Position numbers and translations under genes: made by a program
IMG/VR virus record: IMGVR_UViG_3300028172_000069
From: a virus
Lineage: Duplodnaviria > Caudoviricetes
DNA length: 64,000 bases
Reading direction: 5' to 3' (one strand)
Shown: positions 53,931 through 63,457 of the stretch, in pieces
How the letters are laid out: the number at the start of each line of letters is the position of its first letter
How positions within the stretch are numbered: position 1 is the stretch's first letter
Notes under the pieces: generated by a model
What the model was told of the DNA's origin: nothing
Databases searched by the model: none
What the model saw: the letters and a program-made list of their open reading frames with translations, nothing else

Positions 53931-54509
53931 ATGAGCGAGACCCTGTTCACCTCGGACCTGCACTTCTACCATGAGCACATCTGCACCTACAACCCACGCC
54001 CATGGACGAATGCTGAAAACACCGAGCGCTTGATCGACATTTGGAACTCGCAAGTTCGCCCGGGCGATACCGTCTACCACGGCGGTGACTTCTCGTTCCT
54101 CAAAGCGCGTGAAGTTGATCGCCTTGAGCATCTGGTTGAAGCGCTTAACGGCAACAAGATTTTCATTCTGGGTAACCACGACCACATCGAACTGTGGAGT
54201 GAGCTACGCAAGCGCAACCTGAGTCGCGTGCGCAGCATCACCGACAGTAAGTGGATCAAGGTGCACGGCAAAGACATTGCCATGTGCCACTACCCGTGGG
54301 AAGTCTGGCGCAATAGCCATTACGGCTCGTGGCATCTGCACGGCCACTGTCATGGATCAATGCCTCAACGCGGGAAGCGACTCGACGTTGGCATCGACAA
54401 CCACCCACAGCATAAGCTGTTTACCTTTGAAGAAATCAAGGTCTATATGGACGCTCAAGAAGTATGGGCGCCAGATGGGCACAAGGTACGAATCAAGGAG
54501 ACTGTATGA
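53931..54509 (+). CDS. Calcineurin-like metallophosphoesterase
   Basis: FTSDLHFYH, GGDFS, LGNHD, HYP and HGHCH motifs; CGAAC-ATG. Confidence 0.9.
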   Translation: MSETLFTSDLHFYHEHICTYNPRPWTNAENTERLIDIWNSQVRPGDTVYHGGDFSFLKAREVDRLEHLVEALNGNKIFILGNHDHIELWSELRKRNLSRVRSITDSKWIKVHGKDIAMCHYPWEVWRNSHYGSWHLHGHCHGSMPQRGKRLDVGIDNHPQHKLFTFEEIKVYMDAQEVWAPDGHKVRIKETV

Positions 54510-55072
54510 ACCTGTTGGCGCGTATTAAATCGCTGCTCGCTGAACCTGAACCGTCCTTCGCAGATGCTGCCGTGCAGTTTGTGGCTGACCACCTGCTGGA
54601 CAACAATGCAACCCTGCTTATCACCGACGCCCACATGCGCGAGACGTATATCGCCCTCGTGAAGAAGCTGCGGCCAATGGAGGGAGGTGCGCTCAACGTA
54701 GCCAGTCTGGAAACGGTCGGCGCTATGGAGACTGCGATCATTGTCCACAGCCACTTCGATCAGGCGTTGCTGCATGACGCCTTGATGACCGCGAAGAACG
54801 TTGTGGTGATTGTCGCTGAGCACAAGCACAATTCGGAGGTCAGCGAGCTGGAGTATACGCGCCAACGGTTTGACCTACACGAAATCGACTTCGCCTACTA
54901 CAGGCTGGCGGAGAACCCGCGACGGGCCGATCCAGACATTGCTCACCTTGAGATTGAGCTGGATGCCTTGTGCGAGCAACTCAATGAGGTAGATGTATGC
55001 GCCAACCTGACTTCCACAACCGAGTCGTCGTCATTCGGAAAGCCATCGGGGATTTCACACCTGGCGAGCTAG
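54506..55072 (+). CDS. Hypothetical protein
   Basis: Start moved to ATG 54506 (AAGGAG RBS). Confidence 0.65.
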   Translation: MNLLARIKSLLAEPEPSFADAAVQFVADHLLDNNATLLITDAHMRETYIALVKKLRPMEGGALNVASLETVGAMETAIIVHSHFDQALLHDALMTAKNVVVIVAEHKHNSEVSELEYTRQRFDLHEIDFAYYRLAENPRRADPDIAHLEIELDALCEQLNEVDVCANLTSTTESSSFGKPSGISHLAS

Positions 55073-55551
55073 TTCGGTGTGAGCGTGACGCAAAGCACGC
55101 CCTGATCTGGAAGAAAAACAAAGACACAGGGAAGCAGGTGAAGGAGACGCTCACCACTTCCCAATTCGTTGAGCACTGTTATGACGTTCCGCATTACGAC
55201 TCCATCCTATCGGCGCTGCGAGCACATGCTGATACTTTCGGTATCATGTATTCTGTTGGCACTGGCACTTACCGCGTCGTTGGCTTTCGTTTTGGTGCTG
55301 CGTGTCGTGTCGCTGTTCCTGTCTTCGAAGGCGGGAAAGTGGTTAAGCAACGTTACGTCACGTCCACAAAGCACCTGAACATTGCCGCCAAGTCATTCGA
55401 CCTGTGCGTGTACAAGCTGTTTGCACGCGCTGTCGTTGGTGACCTGTACGGCTATTACTACCACAAACAAGTCGAACGTCTCTACTGGGACGGGATCATT
55501 GGCGAGTTCAGAACGGAAGTGGTTGAACTCAAGACACTAAGGAAAACCTGA
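54997..55551 (+). CDS. Hypothetical protein
   Basis: 184 aa; GAGGT RBS. Confidence 0.65.
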   Translation: MRQPDFHNRVVVIRKAIGDFTPGELVRCERDAKHALIWKKNKDTGKQVKETLTTSQFVEHCYDVPHYDSILSALRAHADTFGIMYSVGTGTYRVVGFRFGAACRVAVPVFEGGKVVKQRYVTSTKHLNIAAKSFDLCVYKLFARAVVGDLYGYYYHKQVERLYWDGIIGEFRTEVVELKTLRKT

Positions 55552-55552
55552 A

Positions 55553-55825
55553 ATGGTGCGTACCTTGCTTCGGGCATTTCGGAAGCCCATCCCAACGCGC
55601 TCGCAACTCAACGATGTACTGGCAGCGTCGAAGGACGTCCTGCTTAACTGCGGTACCGAAGAAGCGGAGAAGACTATCCGTGCAGCGCTGCGTAAGTATC
55701 GCCTGCCGGGTCGGCCGAGCATCCGCTTCGTTCCGGGTCGCAACTGCTACCACGTGTCGCTGATCGCCAACGGGTTCAGCGGTGAAGCACGCATCGACGT
55801 GCCCAAGTCCGTAGGCGGATTGTAA
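55553..55825 (+). CDS. Hypothetical basic protein
   Basis: 90 aa. Confidence 0.6.
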   Translation: MVRTLLRAFRKPIPTRSQLNDVLAASKDVLLNCGTEEAEKTIRAALRKYRLPGRPSIRFVPGRNCYHVSLIANGFSGEARIDVPKSVGGL

Positions 55826-55834
55826 GGAGAAACC

Positions 55835-56350
55835 ATGTTCATTCTTTGCTTGAAAGACTGCACACCTTGGCCAGACAGCGGCAACGAAGTCACGTTCAAG
55901 GCAGGCACCGTCTTTGCCGTCAAATCCGTGAACGATGGTATCGCTAAAGTTCGTCAGTGGCCTGAAGACGCAACCTTCTTCGGTCGTGTTGCCAACCACG
56001 TGCTCGGGTCTATCGACTATGCCGATATGCCTGAGATACATCAATACATCTTCCGTCCAGAGCATGGACGCCAGACGTATGTAGCCCAGCATCATCGCTT
56101 GGTACCGTGGTTGCTACTGATGCAACGAATGCTAAGCAAGACGGTAATGCACGGTATCACCGTGACCCAAGTCACGCATGAGCACAGCAAACAACGCTGC
56201 TCGCTCCATGCGCTGGACGAATTCACCATCCGCAATATCACGCGACTGCCCAGAGGTAGTAAGCCTGAGTTTGAAGCTGTACTGTGGTCCAACGAACAGG
56301 CGTACACCATACGCTTCGATCATCCAAAAGAGATTCTCGGAGACCAATAG
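55835..56350 (+). CDS. Hypothetical protein
   Basis: 171 aa; AAGGAG RBS. Confidence 0.65.
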   Translation: MFILCLKDCTPWPDSGNEVTFKAGTVFAVKSVNDGIAKVRQWPEDATFFGRVANHVLGSIDYADMPEIHQYIFRPEHGRQTYVAQHHRLVPWLLLMQRMLSKTVMHGITVTQVTHEHSKQRCSLHALDEFTIRNITRLPRGSKPEFEAVLWSNEQAYTIRFDHPKEILGDQ

Positions 56351-56384
56351 CCCAGTGACGGGCAGAACACGGAGGGGTTAGCAA

Positions 56385-56609
56385 ATGCGTCACCTGATTG
56401 ATCGCGTTGTTGAGTTAACCGATGGCCCCGTTGTACTGCACTCGCTGGCTGATAACAAGATGCTGGTTGTGCAGAAAGGGGATCAACTGATACTGGTCGA
56501 CCTCAACCAAGAACTGCACGCCCAGTTGACCACCGTTGTGTTTCGGGTCAACGGTGAGGTGTACAAAACCGAAATGGACTTTCCAGACATTCTACTTACT
56601 GAGGTATAA
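56385..56609 (+). CDS. Hypothetical protein
   Basis: 74 aa; GGAGG RBS. Confidence 0.6.
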   Translation: MRHLIDRVVELTDGPVVLHSLADNKMLVVQKGDQLILVDLNQELHAQLTTVVFRVNGEVYKTEMDFPDILLTEV

Positions 56610-56610
56610 C

Positions 56611-56907
56611 ATGAACCAGAACGCATCTACCCTGGGTTTCAGCGCGATTGCTCCAGACGCCGTACTGATGTTTGATCGCGAAGTGAGCTTGGGTGTAGTC
56701 CCTGCTGGCGTGCGAGTTGCAGCCCGCGAGGAAAGCGAAAACACCTACATGATTGTCTTCCGCTCCAAGGATGACGAAGAGTTGGCCGTTGCATCCGCAA
56801 TCGACTTCTCCAACTCCGTGAAGGGATTCGACACTGAAATCCATCGCCACTTCGACGATCAGTATGCCTACGCCATTGTCATGGTGAGGCCTGTGAGGCT
56901 AAAATGA
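56611..56907 (+). CDS. Hypothetical protein
   Basis: Start moved to ATG 56611 (GAGGT RBS). Confidence 0.65.
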   Translation: MNQNASTLGFSAIAPDAVLMFDREVSLGVVPAGVRVAAREESENTYMIVFRSKDDEELAVASAIDFSNSVKGFDTEIHRHFDDQYAYAIVMVRPVRLK

Positions 56908-57410
56908 GCCAAGATAAAGTATACCCGTTCAACGACCAGCTCCACCCCGAAGGGTTGTTCGCGGGTGCGATGCTCCCGGCACTGCCACAGATTGCCGTTG
57001 CGCTGTCTGTCGGTAAAAGCAACATGGTGCCAATTCGCATTGACGAGGACGACGTCCTGCATCTGGGCATCTTCGCGCAGACCAAGACTAGCCCGATCAC
57101 CGACATTGTGTTTCGCATCGAGGGTGATGCTGCACACGTCAAGGAAGCGCGTGAAGCAATCGGCTCGTTCGTGAAGTCGGTGGGCGAAAGCCTGCACGAC
57201 AGCGACAAGCACCTGTGCGTTCGTGAGGTGCACAGCCGATATACCACCACGGTGTTCTACATCGTCCGCTTCTACTTCAACATCGACTTCGATTGTACCG
57301 AGCATCCCGAAATGCGACTCGGTGAAGAAACCAGACCGTACCTGTGCCCAGTGTGCGGTGCAATGCAAATCAGTGGCGTTCCACATATCGCAGGAGATAA
57401 CCATGACTGA
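56904..57410 (+). CDS. Zn-ribbon protein, tandem paralog 1
   Basis: C-terminal DFDCTEHPE...CPVCGAMQISGVPH. Confidence 0.7.
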   Translation: MSQDKVYPFNDQLHPEGLFAGAMLPALPQIAVALSVGKSNMVPIRIDEDDVLHLGIFAQTKTSPITDIVFRIEGDAAHVKEAREAIGSFVKSVGESLHDSDKHLCVREVHSRYTTTVFYIVRFYFNIDFDCTEHPEMRLGEETRPYLCPVCGAMQISGVPHIAGDNHD

Positions 57411-57954
57411 GCAAGTAGACAAACTGGCAGTGTTCGCAGGCAAGTACACCGAAGCGAAGTTTGGCGAGCTGGACATTCCGGTGTTCCCGCAGACCGAGCA
57501 CATGAGCGTTGACTTGGTGAACTCCAAGAACGCCATCCAGCCACTGCGTTACAAGACTGGCGACATTGTGATTCAGGAGCTGCAGGGCGACGTTGCCGAG
57601 AAGCCTGTGTTCGACATGGTCTTCCAGTTGTTCGGCACGCCTGAGAACGTCGAAGCCAGCAAGAAAGCCATCGGTGACTGGGCAAAGGCCTGGGTGCCAA
57701 CGCTCGAAGCTGCAAACGTGCATCTGGCACAGCGCTACCTGTACTCGGACAACCCGAAGTACAAGAAAGGTGGCGAGGAGTATGTTGAAGGCGGTGTGCT
57801 GCGCGTGCTCTGGATTCGCCTGTACAACAACGCCGACTTCGACTGCACCGAGCACCCTGAGTTCCTCGGCGGCGAACCTATCGGTATGTATCACTGCCCA
57901 GCCTGCAACGATATGCAGATGGCTGGCATGCCGCACGTCAAAGACGAGGAGTAA
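57403..57954 (+). CDS. Zn-ribbon protein, tandem paralog 2
   Basis: Start ATG 57403 (AGGAG RBS); DFDCTEHPE...CPACNDMQMAGMPH. Confidence 0.7.
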   Translation: MTEQVDKLAVFAGKYTEAKFGELDIPVFPQTEHMSVDLVNSKNAIQPLRYKTGDIVIQELQGDVAEKPVFDMVFQLFGTPENVEASKKAIGDWAKAWVPTLEAANVHLAQRYLYSDNPKYKKGGEEYVEGGVLRVLWIRLYNNADFDCTEHPEFLGGEPIGMYHCPACNDMQMAGMPHVKDEE

Positions 57955-57957
57955 CCC

Positions 57958-58350
57958 ATGGCCGTCATCTTGTCTGACGCACAGATGGCGATTATCAAGA
58001 AGGCTCTCCGCAACGCTGACACGTACGGGCTTAGTCTCGCACGCCAAGCGTTGGAGAGCTTGACTGAACAATCGCTGGAAACGCGCGTGAAGGAACGGTT
58101 CGAAGGGTTGGACAACTACGTGGACGAGGATGAAATCCGCACCATGTCGTTCAACCTCAGTCAGATGGAGCAAGGTTTAGACGGTGCGCAAGCTATCGAG
58201 GTGATGCTGGAGCACGTCACACCGGGCGCGTACTCGCCACAAGTGTACAGCGAAGCATATCGCCGACGCGAAAAGGGTGAGCGCAAGTTTACCCTGCCCA
58301 ACACAGACGAAGCCAAGAAACGTCGTGGTAGCGACGAAGAAATGGAATAG
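57958..58350 (+). CDS. Hypothetical protein
   Basis: 130 aa; GAGGAG RBS. Confidence 0.7.
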   Translation: MAVILSDAQMAIIKKALRNADTYGLSLARQALESLTEQSLETRVKERFEGLDNYVDEDEIRTMSFNLSQMEQGLDGAQAIEVMLEHVTPGAYSPQVYSEAYRRREKGERKFTLPNTDEAKKRRGSDEEME

Positions 58351-58387
58351 TGTGAAGTAGATAGACAGGAAGTTCTGGAGCTCGAAC

Positions 58388-59068
58388 ATGAAAGTACCAC
58401 CGTCCTACTTGGCGTTGCTGGAAGACATTATCGCAACGTTACCCGTAGACCAAACGCAACCCACCCACTACTGGCTGTACCGCGGTCGAGACTGGCCTAA
58501 GCTCTCGAAGCAGTTCCGTGAGGCCGTCGTACAGCGCAAAGAGACGCTGACGGTCACGCTGAAAGAGTTTGCCAAGCAGTACAAGGCCTACGACGTCTGG
58601 AGCGCGTGGCATCCACTGTCTGGTCTGATCTGCGAAGGCCTGATCTACGATTCGCCAATCGACGTGTGCCACGGCCTGTTGAACGTCGAGTCGTATCAGG
58701 AAGTCGAGTACGAGGGTGTCACCCGTATCGCGTGCAAACCCAACAAGCCTGCGAAGGCTGGTGCCAAGTTGTTTAAGGCATTGAAGACACTGCAAGACGC
58801 TGAGGCCTCGCCTGTCGAGTTCAGTGACTTCGTGCTGTCCCACTTTGAAATCTGGCGAGGCATGGGGTCCTCAGTGATTCGAGGTGAGCGCACTGCCGTG
58901 ATACCACCAAAGGTCTACGACACGGCGCTGGGGTTGTTTATCAGCACGCCAAGCGATAGACTGTACGAAATGCCGCAGAGCCTTGAACAGGTCACTGCAA
59001 CCGCTTTGTCTTTCGCGTCCGAGATTGACGCATCCATCAAACGTAGCCGCAATACCACTGGGGAGTAA
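58388..59068 (+). CDS. Hypothetical protein
   Basis: 226 aa; GGAG RBS; CGAAC-ATG. Confidence 0.7.
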   Translation: MKVPPSYLALLEDIIATLPVDQTQPTHYWLYRGRDWPKLSKQFREAVVQRKETLTVTLKEFAKQYKAYDVWSAWHPLSGLICEGLIYDSPIDVCHGLLNVESYQEVEYEGVTRIACKPNKPAKAGAKLFKALKTLQDAEASPVEFSDFVLSHFEIWRGMGSSVIRGERTAVIPPKVYDTALGLFISTPSDRLYEMPQSLEQVTATALSFASEIDASIKRSRNTTGE

Positions 59069-59072
59069 CACC

Positions 59073-59384
59073 TTGAACCGTTCCGTCTATTCGTCTCGCA
59101 CCGCTGACAAATTCGTCGTTCGCCTTCCTGATGGTATGCGTGAGCGTATCGCCGAAGTGGCACGCAATCATCACCGCAGCATGAACAGCGAAATCATCGC
59201 ACGCCTGGAGCAAAGTCTCGTTCAGGAAGGTGCACTGGGCGACGAGCCGCAACTGCGCATGGATAGCCCAGAGCTGAGCCTGCATGAGCGCGAACTGCTC
59301 AAGTCCTTCCGTGCTCTGGACCCACGCAAGCAGAGCGCGCTCGTGGCACTGATCGCACCTGAGGGTGCAGTCGAGCGTGATTGA
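59073..59384 (+). CDS. amrZ: AmrZ (AlgZ) Arc-family ribbon-helix-helix regulator, phage copy
   Basis: [49 protein letters not shown]....[13 protein letters not shown] is near-identical to Pseudomonas AmrZ; TTG start with GGGGAG RBS. Confidence 0.93.
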   Translation: MNRSVYSSRTADKFVVRLPDGMRERIAEVARNHHRSMNSEIIARLEQSLVQEGALGDEPQLRMDSPELSLHERELLKSFRALDPRKQSALVALIAPEGAVERD

Positions 59385-59487
59385 CCGCATCAATATGCTG
59401 GCCGTGTACATGCGTATACGGCTAGAGGAACGACGCCAGCGTAAACAGCGTCGGCGCGCCAAACGTGCAAACAAAAAGGCTCAGTGA
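59377..59487 (+). CDS. Possible Arg/Lys-rich micro-peptide (36 aa)
   Basis: [36 protein letters not shown]; overlaps the amrZ stop. Confidence 0.4.
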   Translation: MIDRINMLAVYMRIRLEERRQRKQRRRAKRANKKAQ

Positions 59488-59525
59488 CGGTTGTCATTGG
59501 GCCTTTCCTCTTAAGGAACTCGAAC

Positions 59526-59855
59526 ATGCAGATGAAGTACATCGTGGTGAGCGCTACCAATCGGGACCTTGAACAGGATTACGAACTGATCCTGTTGTTC
59601 CCGTGCGTCATTACCCACAAGAACTTCTTCGAGACCGTCTACCGTATGGGTCGCCAACGCCACGGTATGCGCATCGACGTGGAAGATGTTGTCAGTGCTG
59701 GATTCGTGCGCTTCGGCTCGGCAGGGCTTGAGTGCTACGGCGAGAGCGAATCACTCAACAAGAAATCGCGACCGATTGATACTGCCATTCTCCAGAACCA
59801 AAGCGAATACGCCCAGTCATCGCAGGTGAAATACCATGAACGTTTCCTCAGCTGA
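59526..59855 (+). CDS. Hypothetical protein
   Basis: CGAAC-ATG 59526; AAGGA RBS. Confidence 0.7.
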   Translation: MQMKYIVVSATNRDLEQDYELILLFPCVITHKNFFETVYRMGRQRHGMRIDVEDVVSAGFVRFGSAGLECYGESESLNKKSRPIDTAILQNQSEYAQSSQVKYHERFLS

Positions 59856-60261
59856 GATTATTTGGTGTATCGTGGCCTTTCTGTTCTGCCGCGCGTACAT
59901 GCTCGCCACAACATGGATGCTGGTGTGCTCGACTGCTGGTGAACTGAGCCTGCACCGTATGGGTATCACGCAGGCGAACGCTCGCTATCTGAGCCTGTCG
60001 TACCTCGATTATGGCAAAGAGGTTTTACGGCACTTCTTCCTGCCACTCGCTGCATTCAGCCCAGTACGTGTCGGTGATGGTCGCTTGGTGGCGCACGGTC
60101 GCTGGGGCATGTACAAGTTTATGAAACTCCGCCACATCAAAGGTGACCCGATGGCAATCCCGTTCCGAGAGACAGTGCTACACGTCGGGTACCCAGAATT
60201 GCAAAAGATGCCGGGCGCGAAGCTCCGCATGATCGAAGACGGCTTCAAGGTAGAAGGATAA
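59836..60261 (+). CDS. Membrane-associated hypothetical protein
   Basis: N-terminal hydrophobic helix. Confidence 0.6.
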   Translation: MNVSSAEIIWCIVAFLFCRAYMLATTWMLVCSTAGELSLHRMGITQANARYLSLSYLDYGKEVLRHFFLPLAAFSPVRVGDGRLVAHGRWGMYKFMKLRHIKGDPMAIPFRETVLHVGYPELQKMPGAKLRMIEDGFKVEG

Positions 60262-60266
60262 GCACC

Positions 60267-61061
60267 ATGGCCAAGAAAAACCCACTCACCTCGTTGTTAG
60301 TAATGCTGCGCAAGCACTACACGAATTCTGTCCAGCTGGGCGTTGACGAGGACTTCATCTACTTCAACGACTCCAACGTGACGATCAAGGCGAATGCGCA
60401 CGGCCGTGGTGGTGTGACGTTGCAACTGGGCAACATGGTGCGGCATCACCGCATCCCGACGTACATCCTGGCGTCGCTCACTGCAATGCGTATCATCGAA
60501 GCACAGCTCCGTATCCCGTCGGATCACAACCCAGGCACTCGACGTGAGGGCATGCTGCGTACCTATCTGGAAGCTGTTCGCGCAATCCCAGGGTACGAAA
60601 AGGTGAAAGCCAAGATCGACCACAAGCGCAATCCAGGCAACGACATTGTGCTGGACTTCACCTTCGATGGGCGTGCGCTGTTCCGTGTCGACGTTGGCCT
60701 GTTTTCGTCCGATCTGGGTCGCACGTGCGGTCAAGGTGCTGAGTGCGCCACGTTCTTCTGCAACAACTTCGGCACTGAGTTTCACACGCTGGAGGAGCTG
60801 CTCAAGCTGCTCACGGACGAATCGCGTCCAGCACCACGTGAAGTGGATGCACAGTACGATGGCAACCGCGTGTGCTTCCTTGCAGACTCGCACTTCGCCA
60901 GCTCGTTCATCTACCTGACGGCCCGAGGGTACCGCAACTTCAAGGCCCACAAGGTCGTTGTCGCTGGACGAGTGGACAGCAAAGAAACGGTGATCGCCAA
61001 GTTCCTGAACAGCGACACTGAACATACCGTGTACGTAGGAGAAGGAACCAATGACTTTTGA
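60267..61061 (+). CDS. Hypothetical protein
   Basis: 264 aa. Confidence 0.7.
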   Translation: MAKKNPLTSLLVMLRKHYTNSVQLGVDEDFIYFNDSNVTIKANAHGRGGVTLQLGNMVRHHRIPTYILASLTAMRIIEAQLRIPSDHNPGTRREGMLRTYLEAVRAIPGYEKVKAKIDHKRNPGNDIVLDFTFDGRALFRVDVGLFSSDLGRTCGQGAECATFFCNNFGTEFHTLEELLKLLTDESRPAPREVDAQYDGNRVCFLADSHFASSFIYLTARGYRNFKAHKVVVAGRVDSKETVIAKFLNSDTEHTVYVGEGTNDF

Positions 61062-61920
61062 AGAACAGCTAGCCTACTTGCAAGAGCGCTTTCCCGACAT
61101 AGAGTTTGAGGAAGGCGTGTTCGGCGACAAGCAAGTCGCGTACAAGAAGGGCTCGTACATCCGCTTTGAGGTGCTGCTCGGCAAGACCTTCAAACAGAAG
61201 ACTGGCACTCCAGTGCTGGTGGTAGGTGTAGGTGCGCAAAGCAAACTGGCATCGCGCCAGAACTTCGACTCCTGGTTTGAGCGCATGGTGCAAGCCAACG
61301 CTGCGGTCCGCAAGACGCAATCGCACCAGCGTCAGGAAATCAACCAGTTCGTCGAGAACCTACGGGAGTCGGACGTCTTCGAGCCTGCAGAAGTCGAAAT
61401 GACCATCGACGGCTTCGGTGACCATGCCAGCAACATCCCGCGCGTGGACGTGCGCTTCATCGGCGTGGAGACAGTGATCGCGTCGATTCGTTTCCTGCGC
61501 TACTCGCCTGCTGACCTGAACGGTGAAATCGAAGTGCTGTTCGGTGACGAGGTGTTTGAGTTTGACAGCGTGCCCAAGGTGCTCGACTTCTTCGGCGGCT
61601 GGGAAGTCTTCCGTCGCACGGACCGTCGCGTTGAAACTCACAAGGTGCAACTGCGCGCACACGGTCTTGGTACGATTGCCCTGGTACCGTACAAGGAACT
61701 CACCCTGTACGCACCGTACCTGCTGGTGATGCAAGCCAACGCATTCGCTGTCGAGCAAGCCAAGGTGACAGTAACTGCGGAAACCGAGAGCCCTTACGAG
61801 GGTGCGAACGTCACTGGCATCAACGGTGCACTGGCTGAAATCTTCACCCAAGAACAAACCCTTGCATACGTGTCGGCGGTAGTGGAACCGTCACTTCAAT
61901 GGGACTACAGCTTCAAATAA
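61051..61920 (+). CDS. Hypothetical protein
   Basis: 289 aa; AGGAG/AGGA RBS. Confidence 0.7.
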   Translation: MTFEEQLAYLQERFPDIEFEEGVFGDKQVAYKKGSYIRFEVLLGKTFKQKTGTPVLVVGVGAQSKLASRQNFDSWFERMVQANAAVRKTQSHQRQEINQFVENLRESDVFEPAEVEMTIDGFGDHASNIPRVDVRFIGVETVIASIRFLRYSPADLNGEIEVLFGDEVFEFDSVPKVLDFFGGWEVFRRTDRRVETHKVQLRAHGLGTIALVPYKELTLYAPYLLVMQANAFAVEQAKVTVTAETESPYEGANVTGINGALAEIFTQEQTLAYVSAVVEPSLQWDYSFK

Positions 61921-61930
61921 GGAGAGACAA

Positions 61931-63457
61931 GTGGGAACTTACAACTACCTGCGTGGCGAAGCAACCATCAAGCCCGAACTTGTAGACGTGGTTAAGCAGA
62001 TCGTCGAGCGCGAAGACTACTGGCACATGCTGCCTGTACCTGAGCACTTCAAACGCCTGCACGCTTTCCATCTGCTGTGCCTCGCCGACCGCCATCGCTT
62101 CGTTCCTGGGGCATTCAGCAACGGCAACAAACAGGCACCAAGCTGGGACGAGCCGATCAAGACGCACCTTGAGGGTAACAAGCTGGTCTTCGGCATGTGC
62201 TTCAAGAACTACGACAATACGCAGGAAGCGTTCGTTGCGCTGCTTCCGCATCTGGCTACTGACTGGTGGGCTGAACAGGACTGGAGCGACGCCAGCTACT
62301 TCATTCCAGACCGTGATCAACCAGAGCGCTACATGACGCGCTGGAACAGTCACGAAGAAGGCAAGGGCGCTCCAGCCATCGACGTCCAGTACGTGCTCAA
62401 GGAAGCCGAGCGCGAGATTGAAGAAATCGCTGAGGTACGCCTGAAGAAGTCGTGCGTCAACTACGAAGGTTGGACCGGCGAGAGTGCGCTGGCCATGGAC
62501 GAAACGTACCTGCAGGATACGTGGCTACTGGGTATCGCACATTACTACGCCTCGCAGTTGAAGCAGAAAAAGCAGGAGCGCGAGGTCAGACGCCCAACGC
62601 CGCTCCTCGACTTGCTCAACGTCATGCCAGAAGCGCTGATGGGTCAGAACGTGCGGATTGAGCGTGCGTCGAATCCAACACCTCCGAATAACAAAGGCTT
62701 CGAGTTCAGGACCACGCCGGTTGCTACTTGGCCTAAGCCACACCCGCATCAGATCGCAGAAGGTGAGCGTATTCGCGCCATGTTCGGCGACAGCGATATT
62801 GGCATGAACCCGTTTAGCCGTACTGTCATTGTGACGGAGTGTCCAGTTGACGAAATGCGTCTCGGGAAGCTGAACCTTCCAGATCATCTGATTAGCGCGA
62901 CCGAAATGCTCTCTGGTGGCATCAAGCCTGGGATGTTCTACAGCTTCTCCACGCCGCACTCGCCACGCCCGAGCATTGCCGAAACGTTCATGCGCAATGC
63001 AATGGGCGGCAAGTCCAACATAGCGCTGCGCTTGACACTGGCTCGCCTTGCCATCCTTGCAGAGGGTATGTCACCGCCAAAAGACGCTGAACCACAAAGT
63101 GGTGAGTCGCTGTTCGAGGCGCTGTTCGATTCATTCAGCAACAACCCGCCGAAGTTCTTCCTGGACTCGTACCCTGCAGGGTTGGGTAAGACAGGCACGG
63201 TGACTCGTGGTGTGCGTAGCTGGGCCGGTGAGCCAGGTCCTGCTGGTCCCGGTATCTGGAACATTGATACTGGAGCGCTACCACCTCCTGCAGGTGAAGA
63301 CCCGAGCACCAAAGACAAGCTGCAAGGGCTTGCGTGGCAGCACCAGCAACGTGTCGAAGCGAAGGCGGCAGCTGCCAATCCAAAGTCGCGTCCATCCAAG
63401 CCCGGCGCCAAAGAAAAGCGTAAACAGCAGAAAGCAAGCCGCAAAAGGAACCGCTAA
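61931..63457 (+). CDS. Hypothetical protein with Pro-rich C-half and basic tail
   Basis: 508 aa; GTG start with AAGGAG RBS. Confidence 0.65.
   Translation: MGTYNYLRGEATIKPELVDVVKQIVEREDYWHMLPVPEHFKRLHAFHLLCLADRHRFVPGAFSNGNKQAPSWDEPIKTHLEGNKLVFGMCFKNYDNTQEAFVALLPHLATDWWAEQDWSDASYFIPDRDQPERYMTRWNSHEEGKGAPAIDVQYVLKEAEREIEEIAEVRLKKSCVNYEGWTGESALAMDETYLQDTWLLGIAHYYASQLKQKKQEREVRRPTPLLDLLNVMPEALMGQNVRIERASNPTPPNNKGFEFRTTPVATWPKPHPHQIAEGERIRAMFGDSDIGMNPFSRTVIVTECPVDEMRLGKLNLPDHLISATEMLSGGIKPGMFYSFSTPHSPRPSIAETFMRNAMGGKSNIALRLTLARLAILAEGMSPPKDAEPQSGESLFEALFDSFSNNPPKFFLDSYPAGLGKTGTVTRGVRSWAGEPGPAGPGIWNIDTGALPPPAGEDPSTKDKLQGLAWQHQQRVEAKAAAANPKSRPSKPGAKEKRKQQKASRKRNR

Noticed and set aside
58983-59072. 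N-terminal extension on AmrZ (and similar upstream starts at 8993, 26194, 33309, 57223)
   Set aside because: They overlap upstream genes; downstream starts have better RBSs and fit homolog length or translational coupling
23281-59384. Assigning the cassette operator to the phage AmrZ
   Set aside because: The motif does not resemble AmrZ sites as I recall them (GGC-containing), and amrZ has no copy upstream
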